DNA of 64,000 nucleotides from contig CM052817.1 in NCBI GenBank assembly GCA_028534125.1, positions 87,112,001 to 87,176,000 on the forward strand. The letters are read 5' to 3'. Source of the DNA: Lama glama (lineage: Eukaryota). Positions 25,484 to 36,765 of the stretch are shown here, piece after piece; position 1 is the stretch's first letter; the number at the start of each line of letters is the position of its first letter. Made by a program: the position numbers and the translations under genes. The notes beneath the pieces are model-generated. The model was not told the DNA's origin. It did not search any database and saw only the letters and a list, made by a program, of their open reading frames with translations.

Positions 25484-26758
25484 TGCCAACAAAAAATTTA
25501 ATCAATAGTGAATCTAAGAAAGAAATGGAAAATTGTATTTGAGTGAAGATTATAAACCAGGAGACAGTCCCTCAGAGAGCTCTGGGAACTGCTCTGAAGA
25601 GGTAAAGGGGGAGGCGAGTATAGATGTGACGTTAGTGAAGGGGATGCCTGCAATTGAACACACAGCTCAGTATATGATTGCTTCTAGTCAAGATGAGCAG
25701 ACATCTTAATTATGGTTTTAGTGCTTTTTTAAGTGGGGGAAGGTGCAAGAAACTGGGTTCATAAAATTTTCTTTTGAAAATATCTAACTATGTGAGGGCC
25801 TGTTCTGCCAGTTTTCCCAGAGCACAGAGTGCCTCAACCAGATACTCACCTTGAATTCTTCGGAGGGTGTGTTTTAGGTCAGTGACTGCAGTGGCTAATG
25901 ACTCGATTCTTCTAGAACTGGATGGTGGGCAATTCCTTCCCTTCTGGCCTTAATTTTGACCAAGGTTTGGGAGGCATTTCATGACCAATTAATCCTGTGG
26001 TGCCAGGAATTCTCATTCCCAGGTCAGGTGAGCATTGTGTTGATAGGCCAATCAATGTGCTATTACTGGATTAAGTCTTGTTAACGGTAACCAAAGGCCT
26101 CTGGACCACCTGTCTAACTAGTCTGTTATGGTCCAGAAACTGGTTCCCTCTTGTTGCTTCTTCCCCTCATCTAGAGTTACACTATTACAGTGATTAATCT
26201 TATAGAATCATATTTTTGATCAATTGTTTCAAGTCATCTAATTGTCGTTGATTTTATCTGAGGCTCAGTTACACATTTGGTAATGCAATAAACAATAGTC
26301 TTGTAAAATAGGCAGAATACAAGTAATATAGCTAGAAATATTAATAAGGTCGTAAGTATTTAAGCTAAAACTTCCATTATGTGCAGCCCAGTACCTCCCC
26401 AGTTTGACCAGTCTATTCTGCACCAATCACTGTTTTTAATGGAAGTGATATATTGGAATTGTATATAAAGTTCACTGAAGATGTCTGCATGTACAAGGCA
26501 AATGGTGGGTCATCATGACCCCTTACAGGATTGTGAAAGGAATGTTATTTTCTGAGAAACTACATGGCTGGCGTCAGAAGAAGAGAAGTTGATCTTTATG
26601 GTTGAGCAGGTATCTCTGCCTTTGGGGAGGTCTGGTTAACACTTAATGAAGATGCACAATGCACGGTATAGCAGAGAGAGGAGTCCAAAGGGCAATGAAA
26701 AAGTTTTATGTTTAACTTTTTTCTGTCTTGTCTTAAAATGTGGATTTTTATTTCACCA
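25484..26758 (-). mobile_element. ERV1-class LTR element (MER41/LTR39-like LTR plus adjoining sequence)
   Basis: TG..CA bounded. CCAGGAGACAGTCCCTCAGAGAGCTCTG, GGTTTTAGTGCTTTT..GGAAGGTGCAAGAAACTGGGTTCATAAAA and GGCCTGTTCTGCCAGTTTTCCCAGAGCACAGAGTGCCTC; shares motifs with the LTR at 33947. Confidence 0.7.
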
Positions 26759-26964
26759 ATCTTAGGTAAGACCATGTAACATAGGAGATAGACAAGGAAG
26801 CAGGAAGTGAGAAAATTATAAAAGACTAAGAAAACTATTCATTATCTAATATTAAGTTTATACTTAGCAGCCAACAGTTGTATGATGACTTGAGTCAGAA
26901 TTTAAGTTACAGGAAAAGAGTATTTTATTTAACTGTGTTTTTGGCTTGAGAGTAAGTTATATGA

Positions 26965-27120
26965 GCTACACCCACAAACTAAAAAGAACAGGAAGCATTG
27001 GTTCCATTTTTCAGTTGAAGAAGTGAGGCTCAAAGTCACTGATAGATTAACCCCAAATCTCAAAGCATATAAGGTACGGTGCTGGGACAAGAGCTGAATG
27101 ATTTGGTTCTTTGTGCAATA
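26965..27120 (-). mobile_element. MIR fragment
   Basis: CCATTTTTCAGTTGAAGAAGTGAGGCTCAAAG. Confidence 0.6.
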
Positions 27121-27339
27121 TTTACGATAATGTTTCTTTCTTTTTTCTCAGCTTTTGTTAATGTAGAGTTAGACCACACTCTCATAAATATATCTTCTTT
27201 TCCTTGAGATTGGAAAAGTAAGTTTTGGGGATCAGGAGAGAATTCTGGATTGGTATGATCAAGCTAATGCATAATTTTGGGGCCTTTTATTTTTCTTGAT
27301 AGTAAATGTTTCTAGTAAAGGATCTGGCTTCTTCTTTTT

Positions 27340-27595
27340 TTAAAAGTTATTACTACCCTGACTTCTCATACTTGAATTGTGTGAGTTTTGAACTTTATAT
27401 GCACTAGTGTGTATGTCTGTGTGTGTGTGTGTGTATGTGTACACCTTCTTTCACTCCATAGTATTTTTAGGAAACTCGCCCATGATGCTTCATCCATCTG
27501 TAGTGTTTTACTTTTCACTGCTGTATAATTTTCATTGTATAACATATGACAATTTATTTGTTCATTCTATCAGTGAAAAGACATTTGGCTTTATA
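27340..27595 (-). mobile_element. L1ME/MC 3' fragment
   Basis: TTTTCACTGCTGTATAATTTTCATTGTATAACATATGACAATTTATTTGTTCATTCTATC. Confidence 0.7.
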
Positions 27596-28859
27596 ATCTT
27601 TGTTGTTTGTAGCCTACTTTACCCCGAAGTTTTTAAGTTGGATGAGAATGAGATCTTTACTGTTTTCTTACTTGATTAACACCTAAAACCTAGAACAGTA
27701 CCTGGAACTGGAACCTAAAAACTGGAACAGTGCAAGTAACTCAGTAAATATTTGTTGAATTTAAAATAAGTTGAACTTTAAATTGGACAAGATTCCATTG
27801 GCTTATTTTTGAAGTCCACTGTTGGAAAATATGAAAATCCTTATATTTTGTGTTTTTTGAAAGTTTTCATGCATATACTAGTGGTACTTTTATAGCATTT
27901 ACTGGCAGATAAAATAATGATTTGGAATTTGTGGGAATACATTATCAGTGCATATAAGCAATTTGGAGAAATAGAACTCAAATTGGTTTTGATGACCTAA
28001 ATACATCACACAAAACTGAAAGATAAGGTTTGACCAGTATTGTCAAAAAAGTCTGACACTAGTCTTATATAAATAAGATTGAAGTTTCAAATGTCAATAA
28101 TGCAAAAATATCATATAATATTTAAAAATTTGCAAATATCTTAGAAACATCCTATTCCAACACACTAGACAAAACAGAAAAATTCTTTTTGCCTAGTCAT
28201 AGAAAATAGGTATCACAGACAGGAAACATTTAAACATGTAAATTTATCTTTTATTCTAAGTATTTGATAACATCCAAGAGAGGTGAATTATCAAGTTATT
28301 AATGGTTTGTATAACACACATTTAATTAGTTGAACTAATAATGAACCGTGGCATTACTGGAGCTATCTGTTTCATTTACTGTGTAAGACTATACTGGTTA
28401 ACACATAAGAAAAGTGGCCAGTCATTATCAATGTATCATTGTGCATTGTGCTAACATTAATCGGATCAAATTAATGTAGTGTGTTACTTTTATCTTCAGC
28501 AGGCTTTAATGAACGTTTTATCTTTTCAAAATGTTGCCATGACTTATTAGCAAAATATCAAATGCCTAACTAAATGTTTAGCATAAAAAGGTTCATTTGA
28601 TACTCATGTTAATGAGAACATTTTTTCTTTTATTATAGGTATAATTAAAGACAGGTATATAAAGCCTTTTTAAGGTTAATTAAATATATAACAGGACCAC
28701 CTTCAAAGTTGTACTTGTGAGGCATAATAATACATTTAAAGCTATGGAAATTCTTTTTCACACTGCACTTTTAGCCAGTAGATCAGTTCATTTCTATTAA
28801 GAGACAGAAATATGACTTCATATTAATGATGGAATCAAAACAGATGGAGCTATCTAATG

Positions 28860-29170
28860 GTTCAGGCAGGAAATTGGAGTAGGAATTATAGCTTCTTACC
28901 CTTATATCTACCACTGATTCACTAAATGACCTTGGGCAAATTACTTAAGCTGCCAGGTCAAATTTTCTAAGTGCACGTCTTCTGGTTTTTTTTTTTATGC
29001 CCAGAGCTCATATTAACAGAAAAGGAAGTTCTAGAGATATAGAGAAAGGAAATTATATAATTTAGAGTAGAGGAAAAAGCCTTTGGCATGAAAGAGATTA
29101 AGTGGCTTACCCAATTTTCACAGTTAGTATGTGGACAGCTGGGTATTCATATTCAAGTATGTGAATCATT
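28860..29170. mobile_element. Two MIR fragments in opposite orientation
   Basis: CCACTGATTCACTAAATGACCTTGGGCAAATTACTTAA (+) and GAGATTAAGTGGCTTACCCAATTTTCACAGTTAGT (-). Confidence 0.6.
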
Positions 29171-29619
29171 GGCCCTCAAATTATCAAGCTTTTAATATCA
29201 CCATAATAATAACTACCCTGATTTTGGTTATGATAGTATGTGCTTAAGATGTGCCTGGCAAATGTAGATATTTGATAAATGTAATTGTTTTAGTCTTTCT
29301 TCAACACCAAATGTTATCAATTTTTATTCTTCAAACAGCTTTTAGATTTATGTGCTCATTTAATCTAGATTCCACTGTCATAATTCTAATGCTTATCATT
29401 CTTCATCTGGACACTCGTTAATCTAAAAATTGTTCTCGGTGACAATTTTTTTTCACATTTATTTCAGCTTTCATGCTTCTTAATTCATATAAATGATATT
29501 TAAGACCATGGAAATGTTGAGAGGGCACACGGGAAACAAAGAGGGCTATGTCAGAGCTTTTTAAACATGACCATTCACCTGTCATGTAATAAAAGAGCCT
29601 GAAAAGGAGAATGAAATAT

Positions 29620-30185
29620 CTTTGTCTCCGTCTTCTATCTTGTTGCCGACCAAATTCATTAAATTAACACCGTGCATTGATTCTACCTCGACTGTATTAT
29701 TTGAATCTATCCACAAATTTCCATCCAAACTGGCATTTCTCTAATTCAGGCTTATGTTATTCCTTGAGAAATTTTGATTAGTTCCCTTGTCTCCAATGCT
29801 TCCTCTTCAAATGTATTCTCCACATCACCTGTGTATGTCCCTGCAACCCTTGTAGCATCAGTTTTAATCTAGCCTATTAACCTGAAATAAGTATGAACTT
29901 CTGTTTTCTTGACTGTATGTAACACCCATAGGTCTTTGCTTAGGCTTTTTTCTCTGCTGGAGTAGATCTACTGATCTATTTGTTTCTAATATTCACCTTT
30001 TAAAACTTGACTTCCATTTCACCTCCGGAAAGCTTTTATTCTTTGTTCATATCAATTACTGGTGTTCTCTTCCTGTGATCCCGTGATACACTGTGTATAT
30101 CACTACAATTACATTTATTTGTTTTATAATTATGAGTTTTGCATCTATTTTTTTCTATCAAATTTTGTTCCTTTAGAGATGGTGG
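29620..30185 (+). mobile_element. L2 fragment
   Basis: TTTGAATCTATCCAC, CCTCTTCAAATGTATTCTCCACA, CCATTTCACCTCCGGAAAGCTTT. Confidence 0.5.
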
Positions 30186-30206
30186 TTATATAAAACTAGT
30201 TCACTA

Positions 30207-30733
30207 TGTCAAAGAAAAATCATGCCAGATGAAGTTAAACAGCCCCCCCCCAAAAAAAACCAAACTTTGTTTAAGACTATTGCAGTAGAGGAGAGAGATT
30301 GAACTCAACTCTGTTGCAGGGAAGGGTGGGAGACATTTTAAGCACTGAGATGAGCTAGTCAGAAAGTACTGGAGGACATTAAGGAGACGGTTGGTCGATG
30401 TGATTAGGTCATTTTTTAAACTGGTTTTGCTGTGTCTAGGGGTTCAGCTCCTACCCTCCCACAAAGCCTGGGAGACAGGGTTGCTATCTTCCCTGATGAT
30501 TATGTTTTAAAGGGATGACTTCAGGGTCCTTCATGAAGAAAGATGTTCCTGGGTAATTAAACAGGCAAGAACCTGGGAGAAGATTTGTATCTTAAGAGAC
30601 CCATGAGAGAATTTATAGTTGCAAGTTTTCCAAACTAAATGCTCCACGAAAAGGCAGGTCAGGGGCCTGAAGTCAGGAAGAAACTTGTCTAAAGTTTAGT
30701 CAAGCTGAGGGGAATGTTAAGCCATCTTGGTCA
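30207..30733 (-). mobile_element. ERV1 solo LTR (MER31/MER67-like)
   Basis: TG...CA bounded. Reverse strand begins TGACCAAGATGGCTTAACATTCCCCTCAGCTTGACTAAACTTTAGACAAGTTTCTTCCTGAC. Confidence 0.85.
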
Positions 30734-31429
30734 ATATTTATATTCCCAGTTCTGAGACACGTTCAGCGCTGTAAATTTTACTTTGCTGTTATGTCCTACA
30801 AAGTCAAATGGTATTTTAGCACAAACATTTTCTTTAAAAGTCTCATTATTCTTGCCTAATCACAGGCACGCTGGGCAGCAGATGCTGGGCAGAATATGTA
30901 TTTTTTTCCTTGCTTTAGTTCCCTTGTTTGGATGCTGATGAGTGTCTTCTTTCTTATTCTTGCTTTTTTCCTTTATGCCTTTTCTGTAGGTTCTGGCTCC
31001 TAACACCCTTACTTCTGGCTTATGCCACAGAAGTCTGATACTTTCTTGTAGCTAAGTGTCAAATCCATCCCTGGCTCCACTGTAGGAGGTCAGGAACAAT
31101 TCTTACTTTATACAAAACAGAAAAGAAGGCGACTCTTGTGATAATATTGATTACCGCTCATGGCCAAATAGATGCCACATTATGCTAAGTGTGCACATGT
31201 GCACACACATACACATGCGATGGATGACCGCTGAAAGCAAGACACAGACTGTCTCAAAGGAGGAATAGTTAAGTAAACACAGAGGCAAACCGGGGGACAG
31301 AAACAAAGATAGAAGAGGGATTAGAAGCCTCATGTACCTACAATTACAGCAACTCCCTCAGTTCACACAGAGATAATTCTGATGACACAGCATATTCCCT
31401 AATTTGTATTGCACCTCTTGTATTTATGA

Positions 31430-31600
31430 GAAGAGTAGGGGAGAGGAATAACTAACGCTGAGTTCTTATTTGGCATCTTACATTGTAGAGGTATTTTCCA
31501 GCTTTTTCATTTCTTTCTTTCAAGTTATTATTTCCATTTAAATATAAAGAGACAGGGGCTCAGCTGCTGAATGCTTTGCTGAAGGTCCTACAGCTTGAAA
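31430..31600 (-). mobile_element. MIR fragment
   Basis: TTTCCATTTAAATATAAAGAGACAGGGGCTCAG..TTTGCTGAAGGTCCTACAGCT. Confidence 0.55.
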
Positions 31601-33360
31601 TAGAAAATTAAAAAGTAGCGAAAAGAAAACATAACTACTGCAGATATGTCCTTCAAATCAATTACTAAAATAGGGAAAGCTCTCATGAGCCTACTGATAG
31701 TAAAAAATGAAGAAACATATATAAAATAGAAAAGAGAAAGTAGAGGTAAGCTAAAATAAAAGGAAATCTAGGAATTATAAGAAAAACTATGTGCAGTTGT
31801 AACCAAAAAATATTTGAAAATCTAAAGAAATGATTTATCTAAATATAAACTAATATAATTTAAACCATCACAGAAAATATGGATAAGGGGATATAATTAA
31901 AAACCATAACAAACATGTTCACGGTTGACTTTGATCTACCCTTTTCAGAACATATTTTAATTTTTTTAAGTTATGGAAGCTACATAAAGAGATGGAAATT
32001 TCCCAATTAATTATTGAAAGCCAGCATAACCTGTGATTATATCAGTTTATATCAGTTGAAGATAGAAAATATTAATAAAATTCAATTATCAATTCTGTTA
32101 AGTGCTCTTAGAAGATTAAGAACAGATGCCAAATTATTGAAATGTGGTAGACTAACAAAACTGAACAGAATATTATTTCAACAGAGAAACTCTAAAATAA
32201 TTCAATTAAAGTAATCATGTCCTTCAGCATTATTGTTATTTTTATTTTGGGGGGAAGTTCTAGCAAATGGTACAAGAAAAGAAATTACTGGAACAAATAT
32301 TAGAGAAGATAAAACTGTCTTTCTCTGCTGATCATATGACTGCATACCTTAAAAGCTCAAAAATACAACCTTAAAAATACTATAATTAAAAAAGGGTCAC
32401 TGTGTGGCTCCATTACCTACTGTCCGTTGTAGCAGTAAGCACCTAGAAATATAAATGAGAGGAAAAGTTCCACTGAAAATTGAGGCAACAATTTTGTGTG
32501 TATATTACATAGTAATAACCTTTTAAAAAGGCATAATCCTTATATGAAGAAAGCGATAATACCTTTTAAATATTTTAAAATGTGATCTCTGCCAACAGGG
32601 AAACATAGTATTTTTCATTTCTCTTGACTAAAAATTCAAAATAAGAAAAATATTAATTGTACTAAAATAAATTTATATATGTAATATAATTCCATTTGTT
32701 GAATTTGTTGAAATAAACCTGAAAATTTAAACATGCATGTAAAAATTCCCAGAGAACCATATGAAAAATGTGAACAGGATGGTATAATTTCCTTACAAAT
32801 ATCAGATAGTAGAATAAAACAGAGAAACAAAATCGTAACAATGCATGACATACTTATTATTTCAATTCAATGTGAAATATTTAAGATAAGGTACGTACAC
32901 TCTTTAAAATTCACTGGGAAAAAATAGAGTTGGATGTACATTCTACATCATATTGAAAAATAAATTCCAGATAGTTTAAGGTTTAAATTAGGGCTATATT
33001 ACTTGCCTTGGTGGGTTATCTCCTAGATAGTGTAGATTAGAGAAAGAAATATGCAAAGATTTATGAATTATATGATATCATTTTTTAAAACTGACTAAAC
33101 CTCTCTCCAGGTCCTACCGTTTATGTGTGTGCGAGTCAATGTGTGTGTGGAGTCGTGTGGTGGGTGTGAGCATGGAAATGTGTGTGCTATTGTATAGCAA
33201 TGTCGATTTGGAGTTAAGGGTGCCAAACAAAAGAGTAGCAAAAAGTGTGCCCTCTCTCCCATAAAAACTGGTTTATGATGAATGTGAAATATACTATGTG
33301 TGTCTTCAAAATAATTTATGGAAAATACAAAGACTTTTTTGCTTTTCATTATCAATACTT
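31600..33360 (+). mobile_element. Very old L1 ORF2/3' fragments
   Basis: A-rich; AAAACTGTCTTTCTCTGCTGATCATATGACTGCATACCT (degenerate LFADDM), TTCCCAATTAATTATTGAAAGCCAGCATAACC, AAAATAAATTCCAGATAG. Confidence 0.65.
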
Positions 33361-33946
33361 AATATTAACTTTCTGAGATTTTGCATTATACTTATTTTAC
33401 ATGCTTGATCTGTCTCTTCCCATAGTTCTGCTTCCTCTCGTGTATGTTGTCTCTGTGTTGCCTTCCTTTTGCGGTGATTGTATTCCCTACAGATAATTGG
33501 TTTATTGACTCTGAACTCATTTTTCCCTGGCGTTAGGAGTTGCCATATCTAGTAATGTGTATCCAAAGGAGGCCCAGGTCTAGACTCCACTTGTGTCTTC
33601 TTGGTGAGTTAGAGAAGGAAAGGGTGAACCTGCACAAGGAGAAACACAGGCTTTCCAGAACTACCTCCAGGCCTCCTGGTGTGCTGTCCTCCCACCAGCG
33701 ACTTCTTTCTGCAAGAGAGGATATTTACACTCTCTGAAAGAAGCTGCATGGAATGAGAAAATGAGTTTTAGAATGTAATCCACCAGCACTGAGGGTTTGA
33801 AGAGAGAATTTGGAGGAGAGTACGCCCAGGGCAGCTCTTCAACCTGCTTCTCCTTTCATCATCTTTTTAGCCCAGCAGGATTTAGAACTGCCGTGATATC
33901 ATCCCATGGCACCAGGTAGTCTACAGAGTAGATGCTGTTTTATAAC

Positions 33947-34440
33947 TGTCAACTGAAATAAATGTATAGCCTAAGAGTTGAGAGTTATGTTTTATTTGGC
34001 AGACATTTCTGAGGACTCGAACCCTTTTGATGACAGCCTCAGATTGCTCTGAGGGACTGGCTGCTCCCAAGAGGTAGGGGAGGAGCTAGTATATATAGGA
34101 GTTTTACAACAAAGACCAGGTAGTTTGAACATCAGAAGATTACTTGCTAACTAAAGAAAACCAGACATCTCAAGTTAAAGAATTTAGCGCTTTTCTGTGT
34201 ATGGGAGGGAAGCAAACATTTGGGCTCATTGAATTCATTGCTTTGACAAGCATCTAGCTATCAAGGGCCAGTATCCTGTCCTTTCTTATTCTGAGTCCCC
34301 TCAGAGTGCACCATTGTGAGTGGCTGCGGAGCCCAGGCAGCAGGCTTGTCTTCACTGGGGGGGTGGCAGCAGCCACTGATGACTTGATGGTTTCAGCATT
34401 CTTTGTTTACTGATATGCTTTGCAGTATTTTTCATTCACA
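33947..34440 (-). mobile_element. ERV1 solo LTR (MER41-like, artiodactyl/camelid lineage)
   Basis: TG...CA, 494 bp. Antisense AATAAA (TTTTATTT) and TATA (TATATATAG). 4-bp flanks TAAC/TATC are consistent with a TSD. Confidence 0.85.
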
Positions 34441-35934
34441 TATCTCATAGTGACTGTGGGAACAGATAATGACCCTCTCAGATCAAGGAGAAGGTGAGAC
34501 AAAGACAGAGTTAAAATTTGGTCCTCTACCCATTTCCCACTGCTGTGACGCTCTCCTCCAGGCAAATGCTTCAACTAGTTCCTGACAGCCAGGAGTTGCC
34601 CCAGGACTCCATCACTGTTGATTTGTTTGTTTTATACATCCCACACTTCCTTACTCTAGTGTTCTTATTTTCCTAAGGTTATATTTGCTTTTCTAAAACA
34701 GAAAAAAGAATGTTAAATTATTTCTGATAATAAGCATCCATTACTTCATTATCAGCATTAAGTTTTGAATAATAGTATAATTCTGGAATGTAGAAAATGT
34801 CTTGGTCATTATTTACAAAAAAATTAAACATATAAAAGTACTCAGTCAATTTTAATTATGGATCTGTGCGTTTGAATGCAGAATGTTATTCTGATGTTTG
34901 CACAACAGCATAGCAGTAACAACAGGTTGTAATTTGAAATGGCTTTTGTTTTTACTTTACTTGGATTTTGCATTTCTAGCATTTTCTGTTTGCTTGACCC
35001 ATGCTGATGCACTTCATTGTAGCTAGCTGTGGTTTTTTACTCTGACCTGCCGATTGTTGTACTTCCTGCTGACATTACTCTATTGTTGGAAATCTAGCAT
35101 TAGTCTTAAAAACCACTGGAGGACTGGCCTTTGGCTACATTGTCTGTAGGGATGCCAGGTGCCCATGCATTCGGCATTAATGTGTGATATAGTCCATTAG
35201 CCTCAAGTCTTTATGAGATCCTCTGAGGTTGGCTGAATGTTCCAGGCTGACTTTAAATAAAACAAATTTATTGACTTAGTGTAGAACTTTATTGCCTGAA
35301 TCATTTTCAGACTGCCCTTGAACATTTTTGTTAATGCATTTATTCATTTGTACTCTTTACATGCAGTTGAATTCAGAATATTTTATTGTCTGTGAATATT
35401 ATATTTGGTTATATAGTGTTCTCACTTGTAAAATCTCCTATATTAAATTGGAATCATACACACTGAATGTTGTGCTTACCATTTTCCTTTAACATGGGAC
35501 TATATAAGTTTAAGAAGTTAAAGAAAATTTGACTATAAGAATAAAGAGAAGTGAAACACAAATGTAATAATTTTTTTATATTACGTAACTAGGGAGCTCT
35601 TTTAAGCATAATACCTAGGGGAAGAAATGGGAAAGTTGTAAATTACTACACCACATTAATATGTTGATTTAATAATATATACTTAATAATTTGAGGAAGG
35701 TGGTAGGATTGGCCTTTTGTAATATGATTTTTTTCAGGATATATATATTTTAAAGTTGCACATATGAGTCTCTATAAAACTTCCCATTTACTGCAATTTT
35801 CTTACCCATTGATGTAACCATGTGTATAAACCTACAGCTATGTGTCATGTGACATATATGTTTTATGCTTACAAGGTAAATTCTATTTCTATGTAGATGG
35901 TGACTTTTGGAAAAATTAAACACAAAATTTCAGC

Positions 35935-36732
35935 ATTTTCTAGGATAATGGCTGCTGCCTAAATTATAGCCCCAAACCAGGTTACCAACATGAAAAAAGA
36001 AGACTGAAACAGCCTAGTTCAATAGCAAAATTCAGAGAGTGTGTGCTACAAGCTGTATCTGTATAAGAAGGGAAATATCCTATACTGTCAGATCCATTTC
36101 TGGAGCCCATGAATGATCAAGAAGAGACTGCACAGGAAAGAACATTTCTCAGGATGCTAAACATGTAGACACACAGATAAAATCACATTCAGAATAAGAG
36201 GGTTCCCATCTTGCTTGAGGAAAAACTGTGGAAAGGTCTGAGGTAAGGTACATTTGAACACTGGATATTAGAGAATTGAATGGAAAGAGCATGAGAGGAT
36301 ATTGGACCTGAGGAGGCAGACTTAGGGAGGACTATTTCCAGTGGAGATGGAGGTGACTAGGAGGAGTGAAACAACATTTGTGGCCAGGTGGTAAGGGGGA
36401 AAAAAGTGAATAAAGAAATTGAAAATAATGGTCCTATAGAAACAACAGAGATTCACAAAATCAGAGAAACAAGCTCTCTTCACCAAAAAGGTGAAAATGA
36501 TTAATGAAATTGCATCCTGTTATACTAAAATACAAAGTCACTCTCTACATAAGAAATCAGTCAGCCACCCAGAACTGTTACTCCTACTTATGCAGAATCA
36601 TTCTTATTGCTGGTCAGAGTTTCAAAATGAACAGAAAACAGCTAATAACATCTCTACAAAACCTGTACAAGAGGAAAAAGAAAACAACAATAAATATCCA
36701 CGATGAACACCACCTCCCCACTGGCGCGTGCG

Positions 36733-36765
<33 letters not shown>

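Noticed and set aside
33947..34440. Interferon-inducible STAT1 enhancer, as described for MER41-type LTRs
   Set aside because: I did not find an intact TTCnnnGAA GAS motif in this copy; the closest is TTCTGAGGA.
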